A program made the position numbers and the translations under genes. A DNA stretch of 27,018 nucleotides from Candidatus Eiseniibacteriota bacterium. Lineage in GTDB: Bacteria; Eisenbacteria; RBG-16-71-46. The stretch is taken from NCBI GenBank assembly GCA_031366795.1, contig JANLOX010000329.1:1-27018 (forward strand), written 5' to 3'. Each line of letters begins with the position of its first letter. Positions within the stretch are counted from its first letter, which is position 1. Below, piece by piece: positions 18,901-25,969 of the stretch. The notes under the pieces were generated by a model that was given only the letters and a program-made list of their open reading frames with translations, was not told the origin of the DNA and ran no database searches.

Positions 18901-19473
18901 GTTGTAGTAACGGTGCAGCGCCTCGAGATGATCGAGGTAAAATGCGCGGTTGTGGGGAGGCCGGTCGATCGGGGGTGCTGCGATCCCGGGCGTCGAGAGA
19001 TCGAAGTGGCCATCGCCCGTCGAGGCCGAGCCGCCGCGATCATGCGCGAAGTCGATGCGGATGAACGCCACACGCAACGTGTCGGGGGGGCCACCCGGAG
19101 TCTGCACGGCCTCGAGCCCGTTGGCCTCGAGCTTGTGCGTGCGCAGCATCCGCTTAGCGGGAGCCTTCCAACCCGCGCGGCGGGCCGCCTGCGGCGACCA
19201 ATTCACGCGGGGGTGTGACAGCACATCGGGGATCTGGTGCCACGCATCGGCGCGGGCTTGCGCGAGCTTTGCGATGTCGAGTCGGGGAGCCACCCCGGTG
19301 CGAAGTGAGCTACCCGAAGCTAAACGCGACACCCCGGACGAAGCGCCCGGGGTGCGTGTGACCTGGAGTTCCGCCGCAGCAGTGGTGTGGGCCAGCGAAA
19401 TCAACGCGGCCAGCGACAAGACAACCGCGATCGCGACGTGCGCGGCGCGCCGGGTAACTTTCAGTCGGCTCAC
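15940..19473 (-). CDS. Secreted M6-family (immune inhibitor A-like) zinc metalloprotease with FG-GAP/VCBS propeller and T9SS type A C-terminal domain
   Basis: GTG 19473 lies 4 nt after the porV stop. Signal peptide; VAFIRIDF, LIHAGSD, GVMAHECGHLFFGFVDLY, GLWSLMDSG (Met-turn), EYLLLENR, GVLVWHIDE; DxDGD motifs (DVDGDRLPEV, DPDGDGFPEV, DLDGDHFLEL); CTD AYPNP...RILDTSG...WD...GLYMARL. Confidence 0.85.
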   Translation of the reverse strand: MSRLKVTRRAAHVAIAVVLSLAALISLAHTTAAAELQVTRTPGASSGVSRLASGSSLRTGVAPRLDIAKLAQARADAWHQIPDVLSHPRVNWSPQAARRAGWKAPAKRMLRTHKLEANGLEAVQTPGGPPDTLRVAFIRIDFAHDRGGSASTGDGHFDLSTPGIAAPPIDRPPHNRAFYLDHLEALHRYYNAQTYGRTIVVGDVWPRNQRGAYTCNDMADLGPWKFSTSIYGAAVRMFRDMMFAADTQSTALGDRIPWDQYDRFVLIHAGSDLQSDVSRNSAEDIPSFTLGVGDTDVVIFRDSTVWNRKFPIDRATLIPEHINQDGYYGAINGVMAHECGHLFFGFVDLYNVDTGFPVVGLWSLMDSGNLAGSIVALPDGTDLYATGLLPPSIDPWQRAFATDVLHFPEAAYGDTLAIENSERHPDVRRVSMSSDEYLLLENRWLSPSDSVSLDQADSSRVVLGPKKPDAFEYDALLPVRANPDGTTKPGCGVLVWHIDESVIPSNEFTFPCDTARANHDCAFNTNPSRLAISILEGDGLQDLGDGNSPYILGAPRDPWFHSNNPSLGDSTRPRLAPHIGTKPHIRLDFLDDPDSTMHVAAFRTWQLPGWPVPMPFPSGGPQLLAIDVDGDRLPEVCWAGGPEASRDSASILVVRSTGNGLLGAGPEFVGNVGRRLNPVLAAIQRDIGTVAPGPAVIAFSTLPGGVSTSNVSGRVWLIDHTAAPIAGWPAVLPSQVTTAPVFVTAFGDTFIYVGCADGKVYALKLDGTIAAQSATALPGGVTGRLAVYPELLTGPAAESYFAIAAGGPAGDVTILKHIPSAAALATKGGDRASGVIIPSSMTAGPGWPIHVGTSSFNPDFLFINFSGRPTSSTTNTPTGGDCFNGALSLVVHNADVLSAFCFSGVPIPGWGTATGDTIVAGLGAGDPDGDGFPEVIAQSISSGVSYWNVDGHPSPGWPRRGTRERFRTGAAPLAVDLDRGGRTQTIAMNASGIVDAFDAAGKQPDGWPLASGLGATGSPLLADLDGDHFLELVVPDAYGLLYAYSLPTSSTALASVAWPMLGGDPQRSSSLPAARSPVVVAPASGPLVHGSLKAYPNPARRKPVTFAYRLSEPGEVEFRILDTSGHEVARFTRQARQADNLEVWDPGALPAGLYMARLRFSGVTSGQVETVPLGLLR

Positions 19474-19477
19474 GGAA

Positions 19478-20425
19478 TCAGAATCGGTAACCGAGCGTGA
19501 TCTTGAATACGTCGTCGAGACCTGAGTCCTTGGCCTGCGGGATGCCGCCGAAGTCGATGCCGAGACTGCCCCAGCTGGCACCGAAGCCGTACGTCACGCC
19601 GCTGATCTGGCCTTCCGGGTCCGAGTACCAACCCACGCGCCCGGCGAACTGGTTCAGGTAAGCCAACTCGAGACCCGAGTTGTAGGTCCTGAAACTGTTG
19701 GTGACGAGCGACTGGTTGAAGTCCTCGACCACGTGCACCGCGATGCTCTTGTCCTGGTACGGCGTCCACGCCACACCCGACTTGATGTTACGGCTCAGCG
19801 GGCTCGCCTGGTCCTCGTTGATGAAGGTCACGCTGGGGCCGATATTCTGCACATTGACACCGAAGTTCAGGTGCGCCGAAGGAATCTTGTACAGCCCTGC
19901 GACATCGAGGCCGAACGTGGTGCCGACGCCGTGATTCGCGTCCGGTGCCAACTGGATACGAATCCACTTGAGCGAAGCGCCCACCGAGAAGTTCGGCAGG
20001 ATGCGCGTGCCGTAGTAAATCGCAGGCGAGAATTCGTTCGAGGTAAAGATACCCGTCGGGTTACCGCCCTCGTCGCGGCCCTCGCTTGAGCCGTAGGACA
20101 GGAACACAATGCCAACGCCGAAGGCGCCGAAGCCTCCAATGGGCTGGACGTAGGTGCCGTAGTTGTAGCTGACGTCAGTGGCCAGTCCCGGGACGAGCTT
20201 GGCGTAGGTGAGCTGCACGGCCGTCTTGTTGACGAACCCGAGAGCCGCGGGATTCCACCACGTCGCTCCGGTGGCGTCTTCAGCCAACGCAACGCCAGCC
20301 GCACCCATGCCGTTCTGGCGACCGCCGGGCTGGATGTCCAGCGACCGGCCAGTTCCCTGGGCCGCCGCAGAGCCAGCCATTAACAAACCTGCCAGAACCA
20401 TCAAACGCATGTAGTTGCAACGCAT
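19478..20425 (-). CDS. porV: PorV-family outer-membrane beta-barrel (T9SS shuttle)
   Basis: GGAGGAG 10 nt before ATG 20425; signal peptide; hallmark SLDIQPGGRQNGMGAAGVALAEDATGATWWNPAALGF; VGASLKWI, NFGVNVQNIGP; ends LGYRF. Directly downstream of porU, the known porU-porV arrangement. Confidence 0.82.
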   Translation of the reverse strand: MRCNYMRLMVLAGLLMAGSAAAQGTGRSLDIQPGGRQNGMGAAGVALAEDATGATWWNPAALGFVNKTAVQLTYAKLVPGLATDVSYNYGTYVQPIGGFGAFGVGIVFLSYGSSEGRDEGGNPTGIFTSNEFSPAIYYGTRILPNFSVGASLKWIRIQLAPDANHGVGTTFGLDVAGLYKIPSAHLNFGVNVQNIGPSVTFINEDQASPLSRNIKSGVAWTPYQDKSIAVHVVEDFNQSLVTNSFRTYNSGLELAYLNQFAGRVGWYSDPEGQISGVTYGFGASWGSLGIDFGGIPQAKDSGLDDVFKITLGYRF

Positions 20426-20490
20426 ATCCGGGTGCTCCTCCCCACTGGGACGCCAGAAACCAAACGAGGCCACGCATATTACACCGGTGC

Positions 20491-20506
20491 CGCAATTGCC
20501 GTTCCA
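20491..20506 (-). promoter_or_regulatory. Candidate sigma-54 (-24/-12) promoter upstream of porV
   Basis: Minus strand TGGAACGGCAATTGCG has exact GG-N10-GC spacing and closely matches TGGCAC-N5-TTGC; it lies in the 120 bp, lower-GC porU-porV gap. Confidence 0.45.
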
Positions 20507-20545
20507 CGAACTTTTGGACCGCTAAACCCGGGAACACCTTACCGC

Positions 20546-23500
20546 TTAAGGGTTCACGATGACGAACTTACCCATAGCGTCGTCATGCTGCGCTTCCTGC
20601 CCGTCCCCGCCCGCAGCGGCGGACCTTATCACCACTTTGTACAAATACACGCTATTGGCCAGTTCCTGCCCCTCGGCGTCCCGCCCGTCCCACGGCAGCT
20701 GGACCTGACCCTCGACGGCCGAGGCGGACAAGCGCCGCACCAAGCGGCCCGCGACCGTGAAGATGCGTACCTGCACATCGACCTGCCCGCCTTCGGTATC
20801 GAGCACGAACTGCCCGCCGCTGGAGGTCCCTCTGGAACGCGTCGGATCCGGGAACAAGTAGCTGGAAAGCACCCGTAAAGGAGGCGTCTGGACGACCTCG
20901 AACTCGAGGCTGGTCTGGTTGCGATGCTGCCCCGCGGCCAGTCCCGCCGCCAGGTTGTCCGCTGCCGAGACCCCGATGACGTGGATCCCTTCAGGCAAGT
21001 TCGGCAATTGGAACGTGACGCTTCCCGACTGGAACGATCCCGCGTTGTAACGGAAGCCATCCGTCAGGTCAACGCGCGAGGTGCTGTTGCCGTCGACCGT
21101 CACGATGATGCCGTTCTGGGGCGTGTGCCCCGTGATGAGAATGCCACTCGAGTCGGCGAGATCGACATGCAAGAGGGCGTCGGGCCGCACACGTGTGGCG
21201 CCGTTGGCGAACGAGAGGCGGATGTCGGGGCCCTTCACGTCGCCCCCGGGCAGCGTCCCTGTCACCACCGCGAGCTTCAAGTCACCCACGGCGTCGGTGG
21301 TGATACCGCCGCTGGTGGTACCCGCGAGGTAGGTTCGGATGCGGCCGCGCAGACCCGGGCGCGCCTCGAGCGGCACCATGAACTGTCCCGAGAACACGCC
21401 GCCCGCCGCAGTCGCTACCCCGCGAAAGATCGGGCCTGCGGCGGCGAAGTAGTAGGGGCGCGACGATGAGCCGCAAAGATAGTGCGTCGAGTCAGGGCAC
21501 GCCGGAACCTGCAGGAATGGCTTGTTATCCTCAACCAGCACATCCACCGCGCCGTCGAGCGGCAGGAGCGCACCGTTCGGGCGGTCAAGCACGCGTCCGC
21601 TGAAAGAGATGCGGTGCCCTTGCTGGATCGCCGTCGTATCCGCGCCCGCGTTATCGTGCACCACGAGATCGACCCAGTAACGCGGCATGTTAAGTCGCGT
21701 CGCGGCGTCACCCAGCAACTGGTACTTCAGGGCGTTGACGGAACCTTGGGCGCTGGCCTGCTTACCCAACAGCAGGGCCTTCGCCACCTCGCCCGAGATC
21801 TCGCCGTCGCCCCGCCGGCCCAGCAAACTTCGGAACACGATACCGTTGAGGGTCGCGTTGGCGCCGCTGAATGCCACGTCGGTCGAGGAGATCACGCCGA
21901 TGGCCCCGCCCGCCGTGCTGTTGATCAAGTGTTCGCCGAGACTGCTATTGGCGGGATCGCTGAAGCGCCCGACGTCGCACGAAGCCGCCATGAACAGCGG
22001 GAGTTTGTCCGCATTGGTCAGGGCGTCGGCGTCCGTCGAGATCAGCACGCTCTCATCCGCAAGCTTGAATGGGCTGCCGTGTCCGACGTAATTGATGATC
22101 TGCACGCCATCGTGCTCGAGGTGCGACACGATCGAGTCCCGCACATCAGGCTTGGTGAAGTTCGTCCGCGTCGGGAAGGCGTGGAGGTAAATATAATCGC
22201 GATCGAAGTAGCTCGGCACCGAGGTGGTGTCGAGCGTGGCCGTTTGCGCGACGTGCTGCCAGATCAGGGGGTCTTCCCGATTGCCCTGGAAGTTATCGTC
22301 GGCGATCAGCATCACGCGGTTGCGGAACAGTCCGATCGGGGCAGTCCGCTCGTAACGCAGCACCTTGTCGCGCACCACTGCCATCGCCCCCGCGACATCC
22401 GGAACGGGCAGGCGGCCACCGAGGAAGTCCGGCACGATCACGGCGGTGGTGTCGACGTTGAACAACCAGTCGTCCGTGGTGAATTGCCGTTTGGCCTGGA
22501 ACGAGGGATCGAAGTTGTTCTCGAACGTCGGCAAGGGATCGCCGGGAGCGTGCTTGAAGTCGTACGAGGCGTCTCCGAGCATCGTCACATAGACCGGTTG
22601 CGTGTCCCAATTGTAGTAGGCCGCGCGCAGGAAATTGCGGATCGCAGTCGGATCGGTGCGGCCGCCCGAGAACTGGTCGTAGATCGCTGAGATCGGCACC
22701 GTCTTGGTGCGGAAGTTGTTGTGCGCCCGCCGCCACGCCGCCAGCGTATCCGCCGCGGCCCCGTAGGGGTCGTAGTAGATCACCAGGTACTCGGCCTGCT
22801 GGGTCCGGCTCCGCAGGTTGTCGAAACTCGTGCGAGGCGTCGTGGTGACATCGCCGCTGACGATCGTGCCGAACCCGGTATCCGGCATCGCAACGTAGCG
22901 CGTGCTCGGCGCGTCGGTGCTCTCGAAGGCCAACTGGTGGCCGCCGGTGATGGCGGTGTAGGTGGCGCCGGTCAACTCCGTCGCACCGAGCGGATTGCTC
23001 ACGTCGAACAGCCGCGGCGATGCGGCTCCATTAAATGGGCCGACGTGATAGAGGAATGATCCACCGCCTGCGGGAGTTGAAAACTCGAGCCGGTCAGCAG
23101 TCGGCTCGAACGCGCTCGCGAAGAACAGGTCGAACCAGTACACCGAGATGCTCGTGTTCGAGGGACACACGATATTGTCGACGACGACCCGGGCCACATT
23201 GCCGACGCGCCGCATCGGCGACACCGGCGCGTCGACCGTGTACCCGAGGTAGCCCGCCCAGCCGAACTCGCCCGCCCCCGCATCCACTCCGTTGAACGTG
23301 GTGTGCACGAATTGGCGCTGCGAGCACGCGTCACCGGCGTCGACGCTCCACAGGCGCGCACGCAGCCTGCCTGGCTGCGTGAGATCGGCGGCAGGCGCGT
23401 CGATGTTCACGTTGAACCCGAATCCTGCCTTCAGCTTCGTCCAGTACCACTTGTCCCAGGCGTACGTGGAATTGTAGGGATAGCGGTCGGGGTCATAGTT

Positions 23501-24745
23501 GAGGTCCTGCTCGCTGTGCACGCGCGCACTGAAGGTCGCCGGCGTCACCGTGGCGCTTCCGGTGGGCGCCACCGATCGCGTTGCGAGGCGCCGGCGCGGA
23601 CCGGGGAGCGGGAGCAACGAGGTGCTCACACCGAGGTAATAATAGTTGCGCGACTCGTAGGGGTTGTTGATGTAAACCGTGTCCGGCTGGTTCGAATCGA
23701 AGCGGTCCGCCCAGTCGTTCGGTCCCACCGCGTAGAAGTAGAGGGCGTCGCTGTTGTGGTTCATGCGCGTGTCATCGTCGATGATTCCGATGGCGACCTC
23801 GCGATAGCCGCATGTGTCGCAGAAGGTGCGCTCGGGCAGGTTCGGCATGCCCCCCCATGTGTATAGCCGCAGGCTGTCGCTCGCGACCGTCGTATCGCCA
23901 CTGAAGGGCGCCAGCGACTTGAATTGCGAGAACGGCAACTTGTAGAAGCCGCTACGGCGGACGGCGATCTTGACCCAACTTCGGCCGATGTAAACGCTTG
24001 AGTCGGGCACCACCGAGGCTTGCGCCGCGGCCTGCGCAGTCAACGGCGACGCGCGCCGGGACGAGGCGGCCATCATGCTGGCGGTTCGGCTGCGCCAAGC
24101 GCGGCCCTGTTCGTAGTTCACGAGCAACGCGCGGTAGAGCGGCTCGAACGCATCGGTATCGGGCAACGCGGCGGCCGGGGCGATCGCGCCATCCGCTTGC
24201 ACGCTGACGTCGATCATCCCAGCAGTCCGCAAGCGGCGGGTCGCACCGTCATAGCGCGCGGGCAGCACTTCAATGTGGGCGATGCGCTGGTGGCGCATCC
24301 ATGTGACGTCGACCAGGCGCGCACATTCCGTGACCGACTCAGCCACGCCCGCATCCCGCGGAGCGACAGCGGAGACGACGCCCTCGCGCGACACGTAAGG
24401 CACCGACGCGACATCCACGCCATCGCGCACTGTCTCATCCATCGCCACAGCACTCACGCGAATGGTTCCCGAGGGCGGCACCGCCACGGTGAAGATGCGG
24501 GAGGGCAACTCCGGCTGCCCGGCGATGTCACTGGGCGTCCACCCTGCCAAGTCGACGCGCACCGCACTGACGCCGCCCGCCGACATGGGCGTCAGTTGCG
24601 CCGTGGGGATGCGCACCTCGAACCGCGTGCCGGCAGCCGAGCTTTCGAGCAACCGCGCCGGATCGTTCACGGAGGCGGCGATGGACACGCCTGCGCCCAG
24701 CGCTAACGCGAAGGCGGCCCATGAGAGCGAGCGGAACCACTTCAT
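20546..24745 (-). CDS. porU: PorU-like T9SS sortase / C25 (gingipain-family) cysteine peptidase with propeptide and C-terminal CTD
   Basis: Signal peptide; C25 propeptide-like AGQPELPSRIFTVAVP; WVKIAVRRSGFYKL; LYFYAVGP; NPYESRNYYYL; IYDQFSGGRTDPTAIRNFLR; YVTMLGDASYD; GRLPV; MLIADD; catalytic NYVGHG (His 22079-22081) and AASC (Cys 21977-21979); YQLLGD; CTD RIFTVAGRLVRRL...WDGRD...LANSVYLYKV. Confidence 0.88.
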   Translation of the reverse strand: MKWFRSLSWAAFALALGAGVSIAASVNDPARLLESSAAGTRFEVRIPTAQLTPMSAGGVSAVRVDLAGWTPSDIAGQPELPSRIFTVAVPPSGTIRVSAVAMDETVRDGVDVASVPYVSREGVVSAVAPRDAGVAESVTECARLVDVTWMRHQRIAHIEVLPARYDGATRRLRTAGMIDVSVQADGAIAPAAALPDTDAFEPLYRALLVNYEQGRAWRSRTASMMAASSRRASPLTAQAAAQASVVPDSSVYIGRSWVKIAVRRSGFYKLPFSQFKSLAPFSGDTTVASDSLRLYTWGGMPNLPERTFCDTCGYREVAIGIIDDDTRMNHNSDALYFYAVGPNDWADRFDSNQPDTVYINNPYESRNYYYLGVSTSLLPLPGPRRRLATRSVAPTGSATVTPATFSARVHSEQDLNYDPDRYPYNSTYAWDKWYWTKLKAGFGFNVNIDAPAADLTQPGRLRARLWSVDAGDACSQRQFVHTTFNGVDAGAGEFGWAGYLGYTVDAPVSPMRRVGNVARVVVDNIVCPSNTSISVYWFDLFFASAFEPTADRLEFSTPAGGGSFLYHVGPFNGAASPRLFDVSNPLGATELTGATYTAITGGHQLAFESTDAPSTRYVAMPDTGFGTIVSGDVTTTPRTSFDNLRSRTQQAEYLVIYYDPYGAAADTLAAWRRAHNNFRTKTVPISAIYDQFSGGRTDPTAIRNFLRAAYYNWDTQPVYVTMLGDASYDFKHAPGDPLPTFENNFDPSFQAKRQFTTDDWLFNVDTTAVIVPDFLGGRLPVPDVAGAMAVVRDKVLRYERTAPIGLFRNRVMLIADDNFQGNREDPLIWQHVAQTATLDTTSVPSYFDRDYIYLHAFPTRTNFTKPDVRDSIVSHLEHDGVQIINYVGHGSPFKLADESVLISTDADALTNADKLPLFMAASCDVGRFSDPANSSLGEHLINSTAGGAIGVISSTDVAFSGANATLNGIVFRSLLGRRGDGEISGEVAKALLLGKQASAQGSVNALKYQLLGDAATRLNMPRYWVDLVVHDNAGADTTAIQQGHRISFSGRVLDRPNGALLPLDGAVDVLVEDNKPFLQVPACPDSTHYLCGSSSRPYYFAAAGPIFRGVATAAGGVFSGQFMVPLEARPGLRGRIRTYLAGTTSGGITTDAVGDLKLAVVTGTLPGGDVKGPDIRLSFANGATRVRPDALLHVDLADSSGILITGHTPQNGIIVTVDGNSTSRVDLTDGFRYNAGSFQSGSVTFQLPNLPEGIHVIGVSAADNLAAGLAAGQHRNQTSLEFEVVQTPPLRVLSSYLFPDPTRSRGTSSGGQFVLDTEGGQVDVQVRIFTVAGRLVRRLSASAVEGQVQLPWDGRDAEGQELANSVYLYKVVIRSAAAGGDGQEAQHDDAMGKFVIVNP

Positions 24746-24762
24746 ATGGAGGGCCCCGGGAA

Positions 24763-24930
24763 TCAGAACTTCTCGGCTTCGTCTGCGAGCATGACCGGGA
24801 TCTCGTCGACGATCTTGTAGCGCAGGCGGCAGGCGTTACAGGTCAGGGTGTCGGCTGCGGCATCGAGGACGAGGTCGCCCTTGCACACGGGGCAGACGAG
24901 AATGGCGAGCAGGTCGGGACTGATGGGCAT
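24763..24930 (-). CDS. Trm112-like (YcaR/UPF0434) small zinc-ribbon protein, 55 aa
   Basis: Below the ORF-track cutoff; manual translation MPISPDLLAILVCPVCKGDLVLDAAADTLTCNACRLRYKIVDEIPVMLADEAEKF matches the family pattern LLxILxCPxCKGxL...C...Y.I.D.IPVML..EA. Confidence 0.9.
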   Translation of the reverse strand: MPISPDLLAILVCPVCKGDLVLDAAADTLTCNACRLRYKIVDEIPVMLADEAEKF

Positions 24931-25015
24931 GGTCGGGATTCCGGGCGCGGGGGCCTGCCCGCAGGGGGAACGAGTCGAGGATTTCGGGGCTCAGATGGGA
25001 TCGGTAGCGGCCGGC

Positions 25016-25969
25016 TCAGCCGCTGTAGACGCCCATCCTGCGGTACTTTGCCAACCGCCGGTCCAGCAGTTCATTAACTGCTACACCGGACAACTCGTTC
25101 AGGTGCCGGGAGACTGCGGACTTGAGCGTCGCGATGGCCGCCGCCGGGTCACGGTGGTTTCCACCCACCGGCTCGGGCAGCACGTCGTCGATCACCTTGA
25201 GCCGCGTCAGGTCGATTGCAGTCAGCTTCAGCGCTTCGGCCGCCAGGGGGCCCTTCTTACCGTCCCGCCACAAGATAGATGCGCAGCCCTCGGGCGAGAT
25301 TACAGAATAGATCGAGTTTTCGAACATCATCACCACGTCGGAGACCGCGATGGCGAGCGCTCCGCCCGAGCCGCCCTCCCCGATCACCACGGTGATGATC
25401 GGCACCGCGATGCGGGCCATTTCGCGCAGGTTGACCGCGATCGCCTCGGCTTGGCCGCGCTCCTCGGCGCCGAGCCCCGGGTAGGCGCCGCTGGTATCGA
25501 CGAGCGTCACGATCGGCATGCGGAAGCGTTCGGCGAGCTTCATCAAACGGAGCGCCTTGCGATAGCCCTCGGGGTTCGGCATGCCGAAGCGGCGCATCAG
25601 GTTCTCTTTGGTGTCGCGCCCCTTCTGCTGGCCGATCACCATCACCGGGCGGCCATTGATGCACGCCGGGCCCGCCACGATCGCGGGATCGTCCGCGAAA
25701 TGCCGGTCGCCATGCAGCTCGGCCCAGTCGGTGAACGCGCCCTGGATGTAGTCGAGCGAGTACGGGCGGCGCGGATGCCGCGCCAGCTGCACACGCTGGT
25801 AAGGCGTCAGCCCCGCGTAGATCTCGCGGCGCAGCGTATCGGCCTTGGTCTCCAAGTCGCGCAGTTCATCCTCGGCCTTCAGCCCGCGCGCCTGCGCATG
25901 CTCGCGCAGCTCGCGAATCTTCTGCTCGAGTTCGAGCACCGGTTTCTCGAAGTCCAGCCAGGTCGTCAC
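25016..25969 (-). CDS. accA: Acetyl-CoA carboxylase carboxyltransferase subunit alpha
   Basis: LDFEKP, QLARHPRRP, ELHGDRHFADD, GQQKGRDTKE, FGMPNPEGYRKALRLM, GAEERGQAEAIA, GEGGSGGALA, YSVISPEGCASILW. GTG overlaps the dnaE stop (GTGA) with AAGGAG upstream. Confidence 0.97.
   Translation of the reverse strand: MTTWLDFEKPVLELEQKIRELREHAQARGLKAEDELRDLETKADTLRREIYAGLTPYQRVQLARHPRRPYSLDYIQGAFTDWAELHGDRHFADDPAIVAGPACINGRPVMVIGQQKGRDTKENLMRRFGMPNPEGYRKALRLMKLAERFRMPIVTLVDTSGAYPGLGAEERGQAEAIAVNLREMARIAVPIITVVIGEGGSGGALAIAVSDVVMMFENSIYSVISPEGCASILWRDGKKGPLAAEALKLTAIDLTRLKVIDDVLPEPVGGNHRDPAAAIATLKSAVSRHLNELSGVAVNELLDRRLAKYRRMGVYSG

Noticed and set aside
8113..20473. Extended N-termini in the ORF track (helicase 8349, giant protein 13519, NHL 14367, paralog A 16045, protease 19581, porV 20473)
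   Set aside because: Most overlap upstream genes extensively; downstream starts have RBS sites, stop/start coupling or signal peptides.
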